Of a stretch of 61,663 nt of DNA, positions 25,583-37,662 are shown in pieces. Each line of letters begins with the position of its first letter. Within the stretch, counting starts at the first letter, position 1. The position numbers and the translations under genes are program-made. A model generated the notes under the pieces. That model worked only from the letters and a program-made list of their open reading frames with translations, had not been told where the DNA came from and ran no database searches. The stretch is from Octopus bimaculoides (taxonomy: Eukaryota), in NCBI RefSeq assembly GCF_001194135.2, contig NC_068996.1, positions 44,256,256 through 44,317,918 on the forward strand, read 5' to 3'.

Positions 25583-25812
25583 CAGTCGTTCTCAACCATT
25601 TTTCACTTACGGATCCTCTTTTGGTTCCTATTTTGTTTGGTTGAACCCTCACAGCCATTCAATGATTAAAAAATTCTATTATAGTTTTAGAATTAAATAT
25701 TATTAGGAATTGTATAAAAAAAAAAATCTTGTATATTCTAGAAGTACAACCAGTTAATTGTATATAAATTTTAGCAACAAAATCTTATGTCGACAATGGT
25801 TAAGAACCACTG
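25583..25812. mobile_element. hAT (Charlie/MER5-like) MITE
   Basis: TIRs CAGTCGTTCTCAACCATT / AATGGTTAAGAACCACTG; 8-bp TSD CCTTATGC / CCTTATAC. Confidence 0.75.
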
Positions 25813-26960
25813 CCTTATACGAACACAATACAACATATCTTTCTCTCTGACTTTGTTTTCCATAACTATATTACAAGTATTAGCGACCCTATGCTTCCAT
25901 ACCAAAATCTGAAGGTTCATGATTTTCTTTATAGAAAATAGTAGTTTACCATAATATTCTGCTAGTCTATTCATAGTATACTTTGCTGGTCTCCTGTTCT
26001 TAATTTACTCTTAAGACAATGGTCAGTTTAACCCTTAATTACAGGGACTGGTTCATCTGATATCAGGGCATTTTCATACACAGTGGGCCTGTGTGGGAGA
26101 TGTCTACAGGCCAGCCCTTTTTCCGAGTCCTGTATGTCTTTATTAGGACTGTTATCTATGAGTTAATAATTAGCTGGAATCCATGAGTGGTACGACTACC
26201 TCGGGTTAGATCAGACGATGCAGTAGTGTTGGCTATGGGGTAATTTTATACTCCCCCAAAACTCCTCATCACTGGCTGCAGTTTAATATATTGTCCAGCA
26301 TAACTACACAATATCATTGTCATCATCATCATCATCATCATTGTCATCATCATCATCATCATTGATATATGTATGCAAGTACTATATATATAAACAATAT
26401 ATATATAAAATACATATAAAGCATATTCTTATGCAACAGACAACTTACATTTACTCACACTCAGACATGCAGTCACACATTCACCCCCCCCCCACACAAA
26501 AAACATACACAATATACACAATTTATACAATACAGCACTATGGGGTCACCTGGGAACCTTAACACTATGCTTTGCAGCTCCTACTGATCATTCCCCACCC
26601 CCTTTTTTCTTTCTATACTAGATGCAAATAGCCATGCAAATCCTGTTGCAGGAACATACCCTGCCTCCCTCCCTCTCACTCTCATAGTAATCCCCTCTTC
26701 CCCTAGAATCAAACTGACACCCAACCCAACCCCTCATCTATCTCAGGATTTGTTGTCCTGCAAACTGTAGGTGGCATGGAAAAAGCACCCAGCCCTTACA
26801 ATAAAGTGGTCGGCATAGGAAGGGCATCCAGCTGTGAAAACCTTGCCGAAGCAGACATTAGAGCTCAATGCAGTCTTTGGAAACATCAGATCCCATCAAA
26901 CCTTCTGATCCATGCCAGCATGAAATGTGGACATTAAATGATGACAATGACAGCGCTGTA

Positions 26961-27147
26961 GTAGTAGTAGTTGGCTGCGTCTCGTGTTTCCGAGCTTGAA
27001 ATCCAGTTCATTTTCCTGGGTGTTTGAACCGCAGATGGCTCCGCAATCGAAGGGTTGCATGAAACATACGGGGACATTGTGGACAAGGGATAGAAGGGGC
27101 TGGTTTGGGAAGGAGAAGGCGCTGCTTTCTCTCCCGTCACTTGAGTT
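26961..27147 (-). mobile_element. Young 5'-truncated RTE-type LINE end with C2H2 finger and (TAC)n tail
   Basis: Minus frame RERKQRLLLPKPAPSIPCPQCPRMFHATLRLRSHLRFKHPGK*; 10-bp TSD CAGCGCTGTA at 26951-26960 and 27148-27157; CpGs retained. Confidence 0.75.
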
Positions 27148-27292
27148 CAGCGCTGTACACCTCACTCAAAATAGCGTTAAAAGAAATACAATGTACACAT
27201 AAACCCACGTATATAGAAATGTTTAGATGACCATTACATGTTCTTCAACAATACTGCTTTTAATAAATGTTTTTTTTTTAATCTTTTATTAG

Positions 27293-27378
27293 ATTTACAG
27301 GAAGTTGAATCAGCCGAAGGACGACTTGAATTTCTAGTGTACCTCAGTGATAACGAACAAGAAAACAAGTCAATTATG
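27293..27378 (+). CDS. Coding exon (86 nt, phase 1 to 0): (N)LQEVESAEGRLEFLVYLSDNEQENKSIM
   Basis: Acceptor ttttttaatcttttattag, donor ATG|gtaata; phase matches both neighbouring exons. The alternative AG 8 nt downstream would give an immediate stop. Confidence 0.8.
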
Positions 27379-28329
27379 GTAATAATATTTTTTTTGAAGA
27401 CATTGTTGGCAATCTCTTGAGGGTTGAAGATGTTTGTCCACCAGATTTAACATTTATTGACCTGTGTGTGTATGTGTGTGTGTATGTGAGTGCATAGGCC
27501 AAGGTATCCATGAGTCTGTTTGCTAAATGAGTAGAGTATTTTTTGTATCCTTGGTAATAACAGGCTGTGTACTGGTAACTTTGTGCTGTGTTTTATCTTC
27601 TTGCTTAACATGGAATTGTGTGGTTGGGTTTACATTCAAATTTTTTTCAGTTCCTTCAAAGAATATCTGTCTCTGCTATGCAAATAATTCCTCTTTATAT
27701 GCTTTCATACCAAATGCTTAAGGTATTTCTTTAAGAATGCTTTTGGTAGTCATACAACTAAATTAGTCCTCTTTATAAAGGTAGTATATTGGTTACATAT
27801 ATTACATCATACCTTGTTACTGTGTGGATCAAGATTCCTATTAACTGACCCCTGGTATTTAAAACAAAGTGCAATGTTATTACTAGCCCAAATATGCTTG
27901 AGGCACATTCAACTGGGGAACAAGCCATTCACAGTGTTTTGTCATGGAGAAAATTTCTTACTGTAGACAAATGATGTGGATATACCCAGATAAGTTTGCA
28001 GCGCCACCTGCCTAGACTGTGAGATGTCAGCATTTTGGAGTAGTTGTCTCCTCTTTGGTCACAGACATCAAACAGGTAACACTTATGGTATGCAAATTAG
28101 TAGCTCCAGTTTTCTGTATCATCTGTAATTGTTGAGTGTATAAACAAAATGGCTGCTTCTTTCTTTGGAATTGGTCAAATTGATGTAGACACCCCTGATG
28201 AGAATTCAATAAGATTTGAAAATCAGTTAAGATTGTTCATCGTTTTAAATTAGCCTTATCTATAAAGAGCTTACATATATCTAGCAGCAAAACATGTATA
28301 ATCAAATGACAGGTGGTGTTCTCACTGTG

Positions 28330-28498
28330 ATATATATATATATACAAAATTATATAAGTATGCATATGGATCTATATGTATGTATATGTACATATATCTT
28401 TGTGTATATATATATATATATATACAAAATTATATAAGTATGTACATAGATATGTATACATGTATATGGATCTATATGTATGTATATGTACATATGTT

Positions 28499-28555
<57 letters not shown>

Positions 28556-28655
28556 NNNNNNNNNNTATATATATATATACAAAATTATATAAGTATGTAC
28601 ATAGATATGTATACATGTATATGGATCTATATGTATGTATATGTACATATATGTT

Positions 28656-28693
<38 letters not shown>

Positions 28694-28950
28694 CACAAAA
28701 TGATACAAGTACGTACATAGATATATTTATGGATCTCTACGTATGTATGTATATGTACATATATGTTTGTGTGTATATATATATATGCAAAATTATATAA
28801 GTATATACATAGATATGTATATGGATCTANNNNNNNNNNGTATATATATATATGCAAAATTATATAAGTATATACATAGATATGTATATGGATCTATATG
28901 TATGTATATGTACATATATGTTTGTGTATACATATATATATACACACACA
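28330..28950. repeat. Higher-order TA-rich minisatellite (~75-120-bp units marked by caaaattatataagta and ggatcta)
   Basis: Landmark motifs recur 5-6 times. Confidence 0.85.
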
Positions 28951-29358
28951 TGTTGGGCTTTGCTAATAGCATGTACTCACAGTTAGCCACTTACTTAAAT
29001 AAAATTTGTCACAATGCATCTATGGGAAAACTGTGAATAAACATTTACTGGTGTTGTAAATAGTGGCTTAGTTGGTTGAATAAAAATCCATAATAGACAA
29101 CAGAAGGTGGCAATAATAGCCATTTGGCATTCTCACTAAACTGCTGCTGAGATGCTTTTCGTTTCCTTCTGATATCTTGTGTTTATGAACATTGCATTCC
29201 TGTAAGAACGATAAGATATAGGTAATGCTTCCAATTTATGCAAAAGACCAGAAATTTTGAGGGGAGGGGCATTAATCGATACTATCAATACTAGAATTTG
29301 ACTGATACTTTATTGACTCAGAGTGAAAGACAATATAATAATAATAATAATAGTAATA

Positions 29359-29719
29359 ATAAGGGCACTAAGAGAGCACAAACCTCCACTAGGGCAACAC
29401 CAATGTCCTCTCAATGATTAGCCAGATATGATTTTTTTAAATGAGAATATCTGAAATAAATGCGACTGCTCTCACAAACGAGAATATTAAAAATGAATCC
29501 GACTGCTCTCAAAATTTAAGTGAAAAAACAGGAAAAATAATCCAGAATCCTTGTCTGGTACTGGATTGATCCCAAAATCTAATCAGTTCGTACCAGTCAC
29601 GAGACCAAACATTCCTGAAAGTTTCATGTGAATCCATCTAGCAGTTCTTGAGATATCTTGTCCACGGACAAACAAACAAACACAACTGCAAACAATACTT
29701 CTGCCTTTGCTAAGGTGGA

Positions 29720-29723
<4 letters not shown>
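29359..29723. mobile_element. Non-autonomous Helentron/HINE (DINE-1-like) element inside an (AAT)n run
   Basis: Terminal GC hairpin ACTTCTGCCTT-tgct-AAGGTGGAGGT, related ACCTCC motif near the other end, internal (CAAA)n; homologous to 45152-45549. Confidence 0.6.
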
Positions 29724-29762
<39 letters not shown>

Positions 29763-29763
<1 letters not shown>

Positions 29764-30230
29764 TATCCTTTTTAGTATAGGCACAAAGTCTGAAATTTGG
29801 CAGCTGGGTGCTAGTCAATTATATTGACCCCCGTGCTCACTGGTACTTATTTTATTAACCCTCAAAAAGGATAAAAGGCAAAGTCAACCTTGGAAGAATT
29901 TGAATTCAGAACATGAAGCTGTAAGAAATGCTGTTAAGCATTCTGTTTGGCATACTAACGACTCTTGCAAGAAGCTGCCTAAGTAATAATTATAAAGAAA
30001 ATAATTATAATAATCATTTGTATTATAAGCACAAGACTTGGAATTTCATGGGAAGGGGGTAAGATGATTACATCAACCCCAGTGCATAACTGGTACTTAT
30101 TTTATTGACCCTGAAAGGGTGAAAGGCAAAGTTGACCTCGGTGGAATTTGAACTCAAATTGTTAAGACAGACAAAATGCTGCTAAGCATTTAATCTGGCA
30201 TGCTAATGATTCTGCCAGCTGGCTGCTTTA

Positions 30231-30264
<34 letters not shown>

Positions 30265-30498
30265 TAATAATAATAATAATGATCCTTTCTGCTATAGGCA
30301 TAAGTCCTGAAATTTGTGGGGAGGGATCAAGTTGATTACATCGACTCTAGTGCATAACTGGTACTTATTCCATTGACCTTGAAAGGATGAAAGGCAAAGT
30401 CAACCTTGGTGGAATTTGAACTCAGAGCACGAAGACAGACAAAATGCTACTAAGCATTTCACGCTCTGTGCTAACACCGGTTCTGCCAGCTCATTTCC

Positions 30499-30542
<44 letters not shown>

Positions 30543-30990
30543 TGTTTCAAATTTTAGCGCAAAGCCAGAAAGTATAGACACTGGAATTAGCTCAGAAAGA
30601 GTAAAAGTAAATATGATGATGGTAATCTTTTCTACTATAAGGTGACCGGCAGTCTGGAGTGTGCGGCAGGGAGTTAATTAGATATATCCCAATGTTCAAC
30701 TGGTACTTATTTCATGAATTTCAAAAAGATGAGAGTCAAAATTGACCACTAATAATAATAATAGCTTATAACATTAGTTCAAAGCTTGTAATTTGGGGTG
30801 AGGGGCTAGTCATTTAAATAGTCCCTTGTATATAACTATTATTAATAGTCTTTTTGGCAGTAGGTCACTTATTTGATATAAGGGGTAGAATTGGTTGAAT
30901 CAACCCCACTGCCTGAGTAGCACTTATTTTAACTTTGGAGGGTACAAAGAATCGTTCCCTTGTAAGATTTGAACTTGGATTATAAGGACA
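29763..30990 (-). mobile_element. Head-to-tail array of at least 3 clear and 2-3 decayed family D SINEs with (AAT)n spacers
   Basis: actggtacttattt..attgacc..gaaagg.tgaaaggcaaagt..acc recurs at ~29840, 30090, 30357 and 30699. Confidence 0.75.
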
Positions 30991-31319
30991 TATTACTAAC
31001 TTCAGTTCAGAAAAAGAGGGAAAATGCTACATATTAAACAAAATATTATTGACTAGCTGGCCCCGTGCTGTGAAAAATAATGGCTAATTGTAGTATTTTA
31101 TATATAAATATGGATGGTAAATCAAATTAATACACTTGTCTATATTATTTAGTGGTTGTCTTTTGAGATGTGACATCAATCATCATTGGTTACTGAAAGA
31201 ACACTGGTTCACACATACATTCACATACTTCCCTTGTACATGCACTCATACTTACACAGAGTTGAAACACTGTTTGATTTTTCTTTTCAGCATTGAATGT
31301 TTACCCTTCCACTTCTATT

Positions 31320-31367
<48 letters not shown>

Positions 31368-31740
31368 ACACATACACACACATTCAAATAGCTCCCTTTT
31401 ACATACACATATACTCACACAGTTGAAACACTCCCAGTACCAGTTTGCCATCACCCCTTTCCTCCAAATTCATATGTTGTGACAGAGAAAAACACAAGTA
31501 TTATTATAGTAGATTGTACATACATAGTGTATGTATTTTGCTTTATATACTCATTTGCTGTGGGATAGCAACTGGTGAATGCTCCCTACAAGACACTGGG
31601 TGTTAAAGAGCTCTGAATGTCACAGAGCAGGCAAGACAACTAACCTTGGCTTGGCGATGCTGAGCTGTCTTGCTTGGTCTGTGACATTCAGATATTCTTT
31701 AACACTTGGTGTTGTGTAAGGAGCTTTCCTCAGACATTGA

Positions 31741-32078
31741 GGAGACCCCTTTCAGTCATGAATGACCATGGGGTTGCACCTAGAAAGTTCCCCTCTGAGG
31801 CACAAGTCTGGGCAAGGTTGTTCGTGGAAGGCCAGCAGTCGCCCATGCATACCAGCCTTCTCTTTCCACACCACTGATGTAATCCAAGGGAAAGGCAAAG
31901 GGGCCGATACAGCTTGGTACCAGTGATGATGCAACTCATTCTTACAGCTGAGTGAATTGGAGGAACATGAAATAAAATGTCTTGCTCAAGAACACAACAC
32001 GCAGCCCGGTCCAGGAATCGAACTCACAACCTCACGATCATAAGCTCGACTCTCTAACCACTGAGCCATGCACCTTCA
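31741..32078 (-). mobile_element. Family E SINE (partial copy at ~17820-18060)
   Basis: Reverse complement aligns with 24250 and 59301. Confidence 0.75.
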
Positions 32079-33772
32079 CCCTCAGACACTATTCCGCAGA
32101 CACTATTCCGCAGCAAATTTGGCGTATGAACAAAATATATACACTATATATGTGCAACCAATAATGTTTACATTAATAGAGCTGCTTTTAATTTGTAATT
32201 TAGTTAAGCAATATATATTTTAAGTCTGCTTTTTTTTTTTGCCTTTTTAAAATGTTTTTCCCTAACCTACATATATTAATTAAGAGAGACTGTCTGTAAC
32301 GAACCAACTCACCTATGAATGTATTAAACATGTTTGTTTCTGACGTTCATTCTTGCACAATATGTGACCAAATCAACCAATTGCAGATTAAGCGTTTTGA
32401 TAGTCAATATAAATCAATAGATAGTTAAATACGTATGAAATACAATTTAGATCAAGCCATTGAAGGTAATATATCCATAATCGTTTGACTTGCTAGAAGC
32501 AGCAGCAATAGTGAAAATAGCAGTAGTAGTAGTAGTAGTGGTGTATTGTAACAGTGTGTTGCTGCATCTACCTCCCATTTGTTGGTGATTTCCTACTATT
32601 CCTGGCAGATGATGCTTCTGCAGCACTCAGGTGACAACCCCACAACCTATGGGTCAGTTTGGGTAGTTGTTGCTGGCGAGGATTTTACGAGGTCGGTTTG
32701 CAAATTCTATCTCAACTTCTTTTAGCCACCTGTTCGTCACAACATACAGAGGAAACATTGAGTCCATTCTTGACATGCTGCCCCCCCCCCCCTACATACA
32801 TATACAGTGCTAGATCAATGTGAAATGAAGTGTATTGCTCAAGAATGCAACCCGCCTCCTGGTCCAGGAATTGAACACACGATCTGACAATCACAAGTTG
32901 CATCATGTCTGCATTAACCTCACTTAAACTTGCTCAACTGAAAACATGACGCTGGTATGGTTGTGTGGAAAGAAGCTTGCTTTCCAATCACATGGTCCTG
33001 AGTTCAGTCCCACTGTGTGACACCTTCGGCATGTGAGTTCTACTCCAGCCCTGGGCTGACCAAAGCCTTGTGAATGGATATGTTAGGCAGAAAATGAAAG
33101 AAACCTGTCATATCATGGTTTAACATTCCCCTTCCATGCTGACATAAGTTGGATGGTTTCACAGGAACTGGCCAGGCAGGAGACTGCACCAGACTTCTGT
33201 GTCTGTTTTGGCATGGTTTTTTTATGGCTGGATACCCTTCCTAACACCACCACCTTGTGGAATGGATCGAGTGTTTTTTTTTACCAGTACAGGTGAGGTC
33301 AATTTTGATATGGTTTTTACAGCTGGATGCCCTTCCAAAGGCCAGCCATTTTAGAGTTTGGACAAGATTTTATATATATATATATATNNNNNNNNNNGGA
33401 ACAAAACGCATGTCGATGAAAGTTCCTTTAATTCCTACATATATGTTTCAAAACAAATGAGTCCTTTCACAAAGAAGAAAGGGCCCTCATTTGTTTTGAA
33501 ACATATATGTAGGAATTAAAGGAACTTTCATCGACATGCATTTTGCTCCATTTGTTGTTATTATCCATATATTCTCAAAATGTATCACGTTAACTCGGTA
33601 TATCAACCTGTAAAGCGGCTGGGATATCTTGTTTTTTAGTGTAATTTTGCTACCCCTGGTAACTATTAACGTATTCAAATTATCGAAAGTTTTAATAACT
33701 GAGATAATATTGATATAAACATAAACTTATATATATATATATATATATATATTGATGATGATGATATATATA

Positions 33773-33814
<42 letters not shown>

Positions 33815-33984
33815 TGCGTGCGTGCGTGCGTGTAATATGTAGATGTGGCTTCACCACTATTTGCTCAATGAATTGCAGTCTATATTGTAGTGGAATAAGA
33901 AGTTTTTGAGTAGCTGCTGCCAATCATCATCATCATCATCATCAAGATCGATCTCCTCCTCCTTCTCAGCATCATCAGCTGTTA

Positions 33985-34570
33985 GACATGTTTTATAAAG
34001 GATTTATGAATTTCACAATGCAAAATCCACCACGTGAAGGAAAATTATCCTATGCTGCTTCTTGTCTTGTTTCCTCGATATTGAGTGATCCTGAAATACT
34101 GGCAGACCTTGTCAACCCTCACTTTCATTATCAATTTGTTGTCAGAAGCAGCCTCTGGTCTTTTCTCGACTTTGGCCTGAATAATTACTCTCTTTATAAC
34201 TGGACTATAAACGGTAGACGACAGTGCACACATCTTCTTTATTTTCCCATTTTAGGGCCAAGACCTTTCCTCCCCTAAAGGCACAATTTTCACCCCCACC
34301 TCTTTAGTTTTTCTTCTTCAGTGGTTTAAGCATTTCTTTTCTGTTTTGACTTACAGTAGAATACAAGTGAGTATAATTCTAGGCAGGGATATCAGCTGGT
34401 TGTGAACTAGTATAAAATTTATTAATACTTGGACTATATAGCCTTGTTGTAGCAAAGGTTTCATAAGTGTCATAACTTTCTGTAAGGATATTGGGAGATC
34501 ACTAAATTCATCATCAAGTTTCATCCCTTTTTCTGACTGCTCAAACACACACTGATTGAAATTCACACAA
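33985..34570 (-). pseudogene. piggyBac-like transposase remnant
   Basis: Across frameshifts: VMTLMKPLLQQGY..., FYTSSQ, FRGGKVLALKWENKR, KRPEAASD..VDKV, IFLHVVDFAL*NS*ILYK. Confidence 0.75.
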
Positions 34571-34605
34571 TGTAAAATATTTTATTCCAAATCTCTGATG
34601 TTTAA

Positions 34606-34872
34606 CCCATTACCTCCCATAATTCTATTAACTGGAATTTCTTTATGAAACTTTGATTTCTAGCATAAAACAGCCTTAGAAACATTTCAAAATAACATTT
34701 TAAATAGAAATAAGCGAGATATTGGATGAAAAATTAGCAAACCTCATTTGAATATCAGAGAATATACCTAGTAGATATAGCAAAAAGGTTAGATATGTGT
34801 AAATATTAACAGATAATTACGAAATTTGTAATTTTTAAGTGATCTCATATGAGATCACTGGTAGGTAATGGA
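34606..34872. mobile_element. piggyBac-type MITE
   Basis: TTAA-CCCATTACCT ... AGGTAATGGA-TTAA (TTAA at 34602-34605 and 34873-34876). Confidence 0.65.
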
Positions 34873-35479
34873 TTAAGAAGAAGAATGTATTGAATTCACC
34901 CAAGCCCACCTTTATATAACATAAAGGTTTCATCAATGCTAATATCCCTTTTTTTTTTGGAATGTATGAGCTCTGAAATTTTGCTTGCAGATGACAGAAT
35001 GCATCGTATAGCTTATTTAATTTAGGTTGGAAGTGAGTTACAGAAACATAAGTTTTGATGTCAGAAAAATATAGATACTGCTTTAGTTTTCAATACTGAT
35101 TTTATGACATCCATCCATACATTTTCCCCACCTATTATTCCTAGCAGGGCCATGGGAGTAGGATTTTCAGACATCTCCTCTCTAGGCCCCTATCAGAAGT
35201 AACCATCGTTAGACTTTTCCTTCTGGTTTCCTAAATGAGACTAACTGAGACTATGGATATTAAGCAACCAATGAATGAAACAAGTAAAAGATAAAAGATA
35301 TACTGGAATTGATTTGTTCAACTAAAACCCTTCAAGGTGGTGCCCCAGCATGGCCACAGTCCAGTGACTGAAACAAGTAAAAGATAAAAGATATACTGGG
35401 ATTGATTTGTTCAACTAAAACCCTTCAAGGTAGTGCCCCAGCATGGCCACAGTCCAATGACTGAAACAAGTAAAAGATA

Positions 35480-35656
35480 GGCGTAGGAGTGGCTGTGTGG
35501 TAAGTAGCTTGCTTACGAACCACATGGTTCTGGGTTCAGTCCCACTGCGTGGCACCTTGGGCGAGTGTCTTCTACTATAGCCTAGGGCTGATCAAAGCCC
35601 TGTGAGTGGATTTGGTAGACGGAAACTGAAAGAAGCCTGTCGTATATATATGTATG

Positions 35657-35742
<86 letters not shown>

Positions 35743-35954
35743 TGTGTTTGTGTTTTTCCCCTCCAACATTGCTTGACAGCCGATGCTGGTGTGTTTACGT
35801 TCCCGTAACTTAGAAGTTCGGCAAAGGAGACTGATAGAATAAGTACTAGGCTTACAAAGAATAAGAAAGCCTGGAATCGATTTGCTCGACTAAAGGCGGT
35901 GCTCCAGCATGGCCACAGTCAAATGACTGAAACAAGTAAAAGAATAAAAGAGAG
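35480..35954 (+). mobile_element. Family A SINE, full-length, preceded by tandem 3' tails
   Basis: Full alignment; long internal (TG)n. Confidence 0.85.
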
Positions 35955-36368
35955 TATAATCTAGGAAGGGATTAAATGTATATTGTGATGATCTATCAAT
36001 CACCAATGGTTTATTACTTTGTATTGAGTTCAACTCTTACTGCAAAATACTTCAGACAGAAAAATACCTCATGTGCTTTCTTGTTACTTAGTAACAGTTG
36101 AGTAAATAATGAAATATTAACGACCTACATTACGTAACTATTATATGTTAACCTCAAATTTAACTGTGAAAAAATAAACCTTTAAATCTTTCTGAATAAT
36201 ACACCAGATACTAGATATCTAGTTGTCATACTGTCAAATAAGATGAAAAAAAAAAAAAGAAAAAAAAAAACACTCTGTGACGAATGATAAGAAAAAGTGA
36301 TCAGCAGGATCTGCAGGAACAGGTATAAGTTACAGCTCACTATGCAACCGAAACTCTGGAAGCCTGTC

Positions 36369-36369
<1 letters not shown>

Positions 36370-36416
<47 letters not shown>

Positions 36417-37360
36417 ATATGTATGTATGTGTATATGTATGTTTGTCTATATGTGTATGTATGTATGTATGTATATGTATCTATATGTATGTATATATGT
36501 GTATGTATGTATATATATATATATGTATGTATGTATATATATATGTATGTATGTATGTATATATATATATATATGTATGTATGTATATATATATGTATGT
36601 ATGTATGTATATATATATATGTATGTATGTATATATATATGTATGTATGTATGTATATATATATATATGTATGTATGTNNNNNNNNNNNNNNNNNNNNNN
36701 NNNNNNNNNNNNNNNNNNNNNNNNNNNNNNNNNNNNNNNNNNNNNNNNNNNNNNNNNNNNNNNNNNNNNNNNNNNNNNNNNNNNNNNNNNNNNNNNNNNN
36801 NNNNNNNNNNNNNNNNNNNNNNNNNNNNNNNNNNNNNNNNNNNNNNNNNNNNNNNNNNNNNNNNNNNNNNNNNNNNNNNNNNNNNNNNNNNNNNNNNNNN
36901 NNNNNNNNNNNNNNNNNNNNNNNNNNNNNNNNNNNNNNNNNNNNNNNNNNNNNNNNNNNNNNNNNNNNNNNNNNNNNNNNNNNNNNNNNNNNNNNNNNNN
37001 NNNNNNNNNNNNNNNNNNNNNNNNNNNNNNNNNNNNNNNNNNNNNNNNNNNNNNNNNNNNNNNNNNNNNNNNNNNNNNNNNNNNNNNNNNNNNNNNNNNN
37101 NNNNNNNNNNNNNNNNNNNTGTATATATATATGTATGTATATATATATGTATGTATATATATATGTATGTATATATATATGTATGTATATATATATGTAT
37201 GTATATATATATGTATGTATATATATATGTATATATATATATGTATGTATATATATATGTATGTATATATGTGTGTGTGTATATATATATGTGTGTGTGT
37301 ATATATGTATGTATGTATTTATGTATGTATGTGTGTGTATGTATGCATATATATGTGTGT
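36370..37360. repeat. Large (TA)/(TATG) compound microsatellite with gap
   Basis: Direct reading; similar fields at 730-960, 39480-39650 and 53465-53760. Confidence 0.95.
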
Positions 37361-37510
37361 GATGGATTCTCTTATCATTAACGACAAATGAGGGTTCAGT
37401 AAAATATATCGTTAATCATGTTCTGTGGACACGAATATGTCTCTTGAAGTCTGCTGGTGCCTTGCAAACTTTTGGGTAAATGGAACAAGTTGAAGACTCA
37501 GTTTTCTTAC
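37360..37510 (-). mobile_element. Decayed RTE-type LINE 3' end (zinc-finger remnant)
   Basis: STCSIYPKVCKAPADFKRHIRVH* then a short UTR. Confidence 0.5.
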
Positions 37511-37608
37511 TCAAATAATAATAATAATCTTTTCTACTATAGGCACAACGCCTATAGTAGAAAGGTGATTGGAGGCGGCCATATATATCGCAGTCATTAC
37601 AACACGAT

Positions 37609-37662
37609 GAATGCACGGTGTCAAGTGGGCCACTTTTGGTAAGCAGAGCTGGTGATGTGGGA
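37609..37662 (+). pseudogene. 28S (LSU) rRNA fragment embedded in a SINE
   Basis: AAGTGGGCCACTTTTGGTAAGCAGAGCTGGTGATGTGGGA matches the conserved LSU segment AGTGGGCCAYTTTTGGTAAGCAGAACTGGCG(A/C)TGYGGGA (LR6 primer region) with a few substitutions. Confidence 0.75.

Noticed and set aside
27490-28230. Coding-like stretch with faint transposon-like words
   Set aside because: Stops in all frames and no motif I can assign.
36297-37391. Long ORFs of up to 364 aa (YI/CV/HT repeats, X runs) here and throughout the track
   Set aside because: Translations of microsatellites and N gaps, not proteins.
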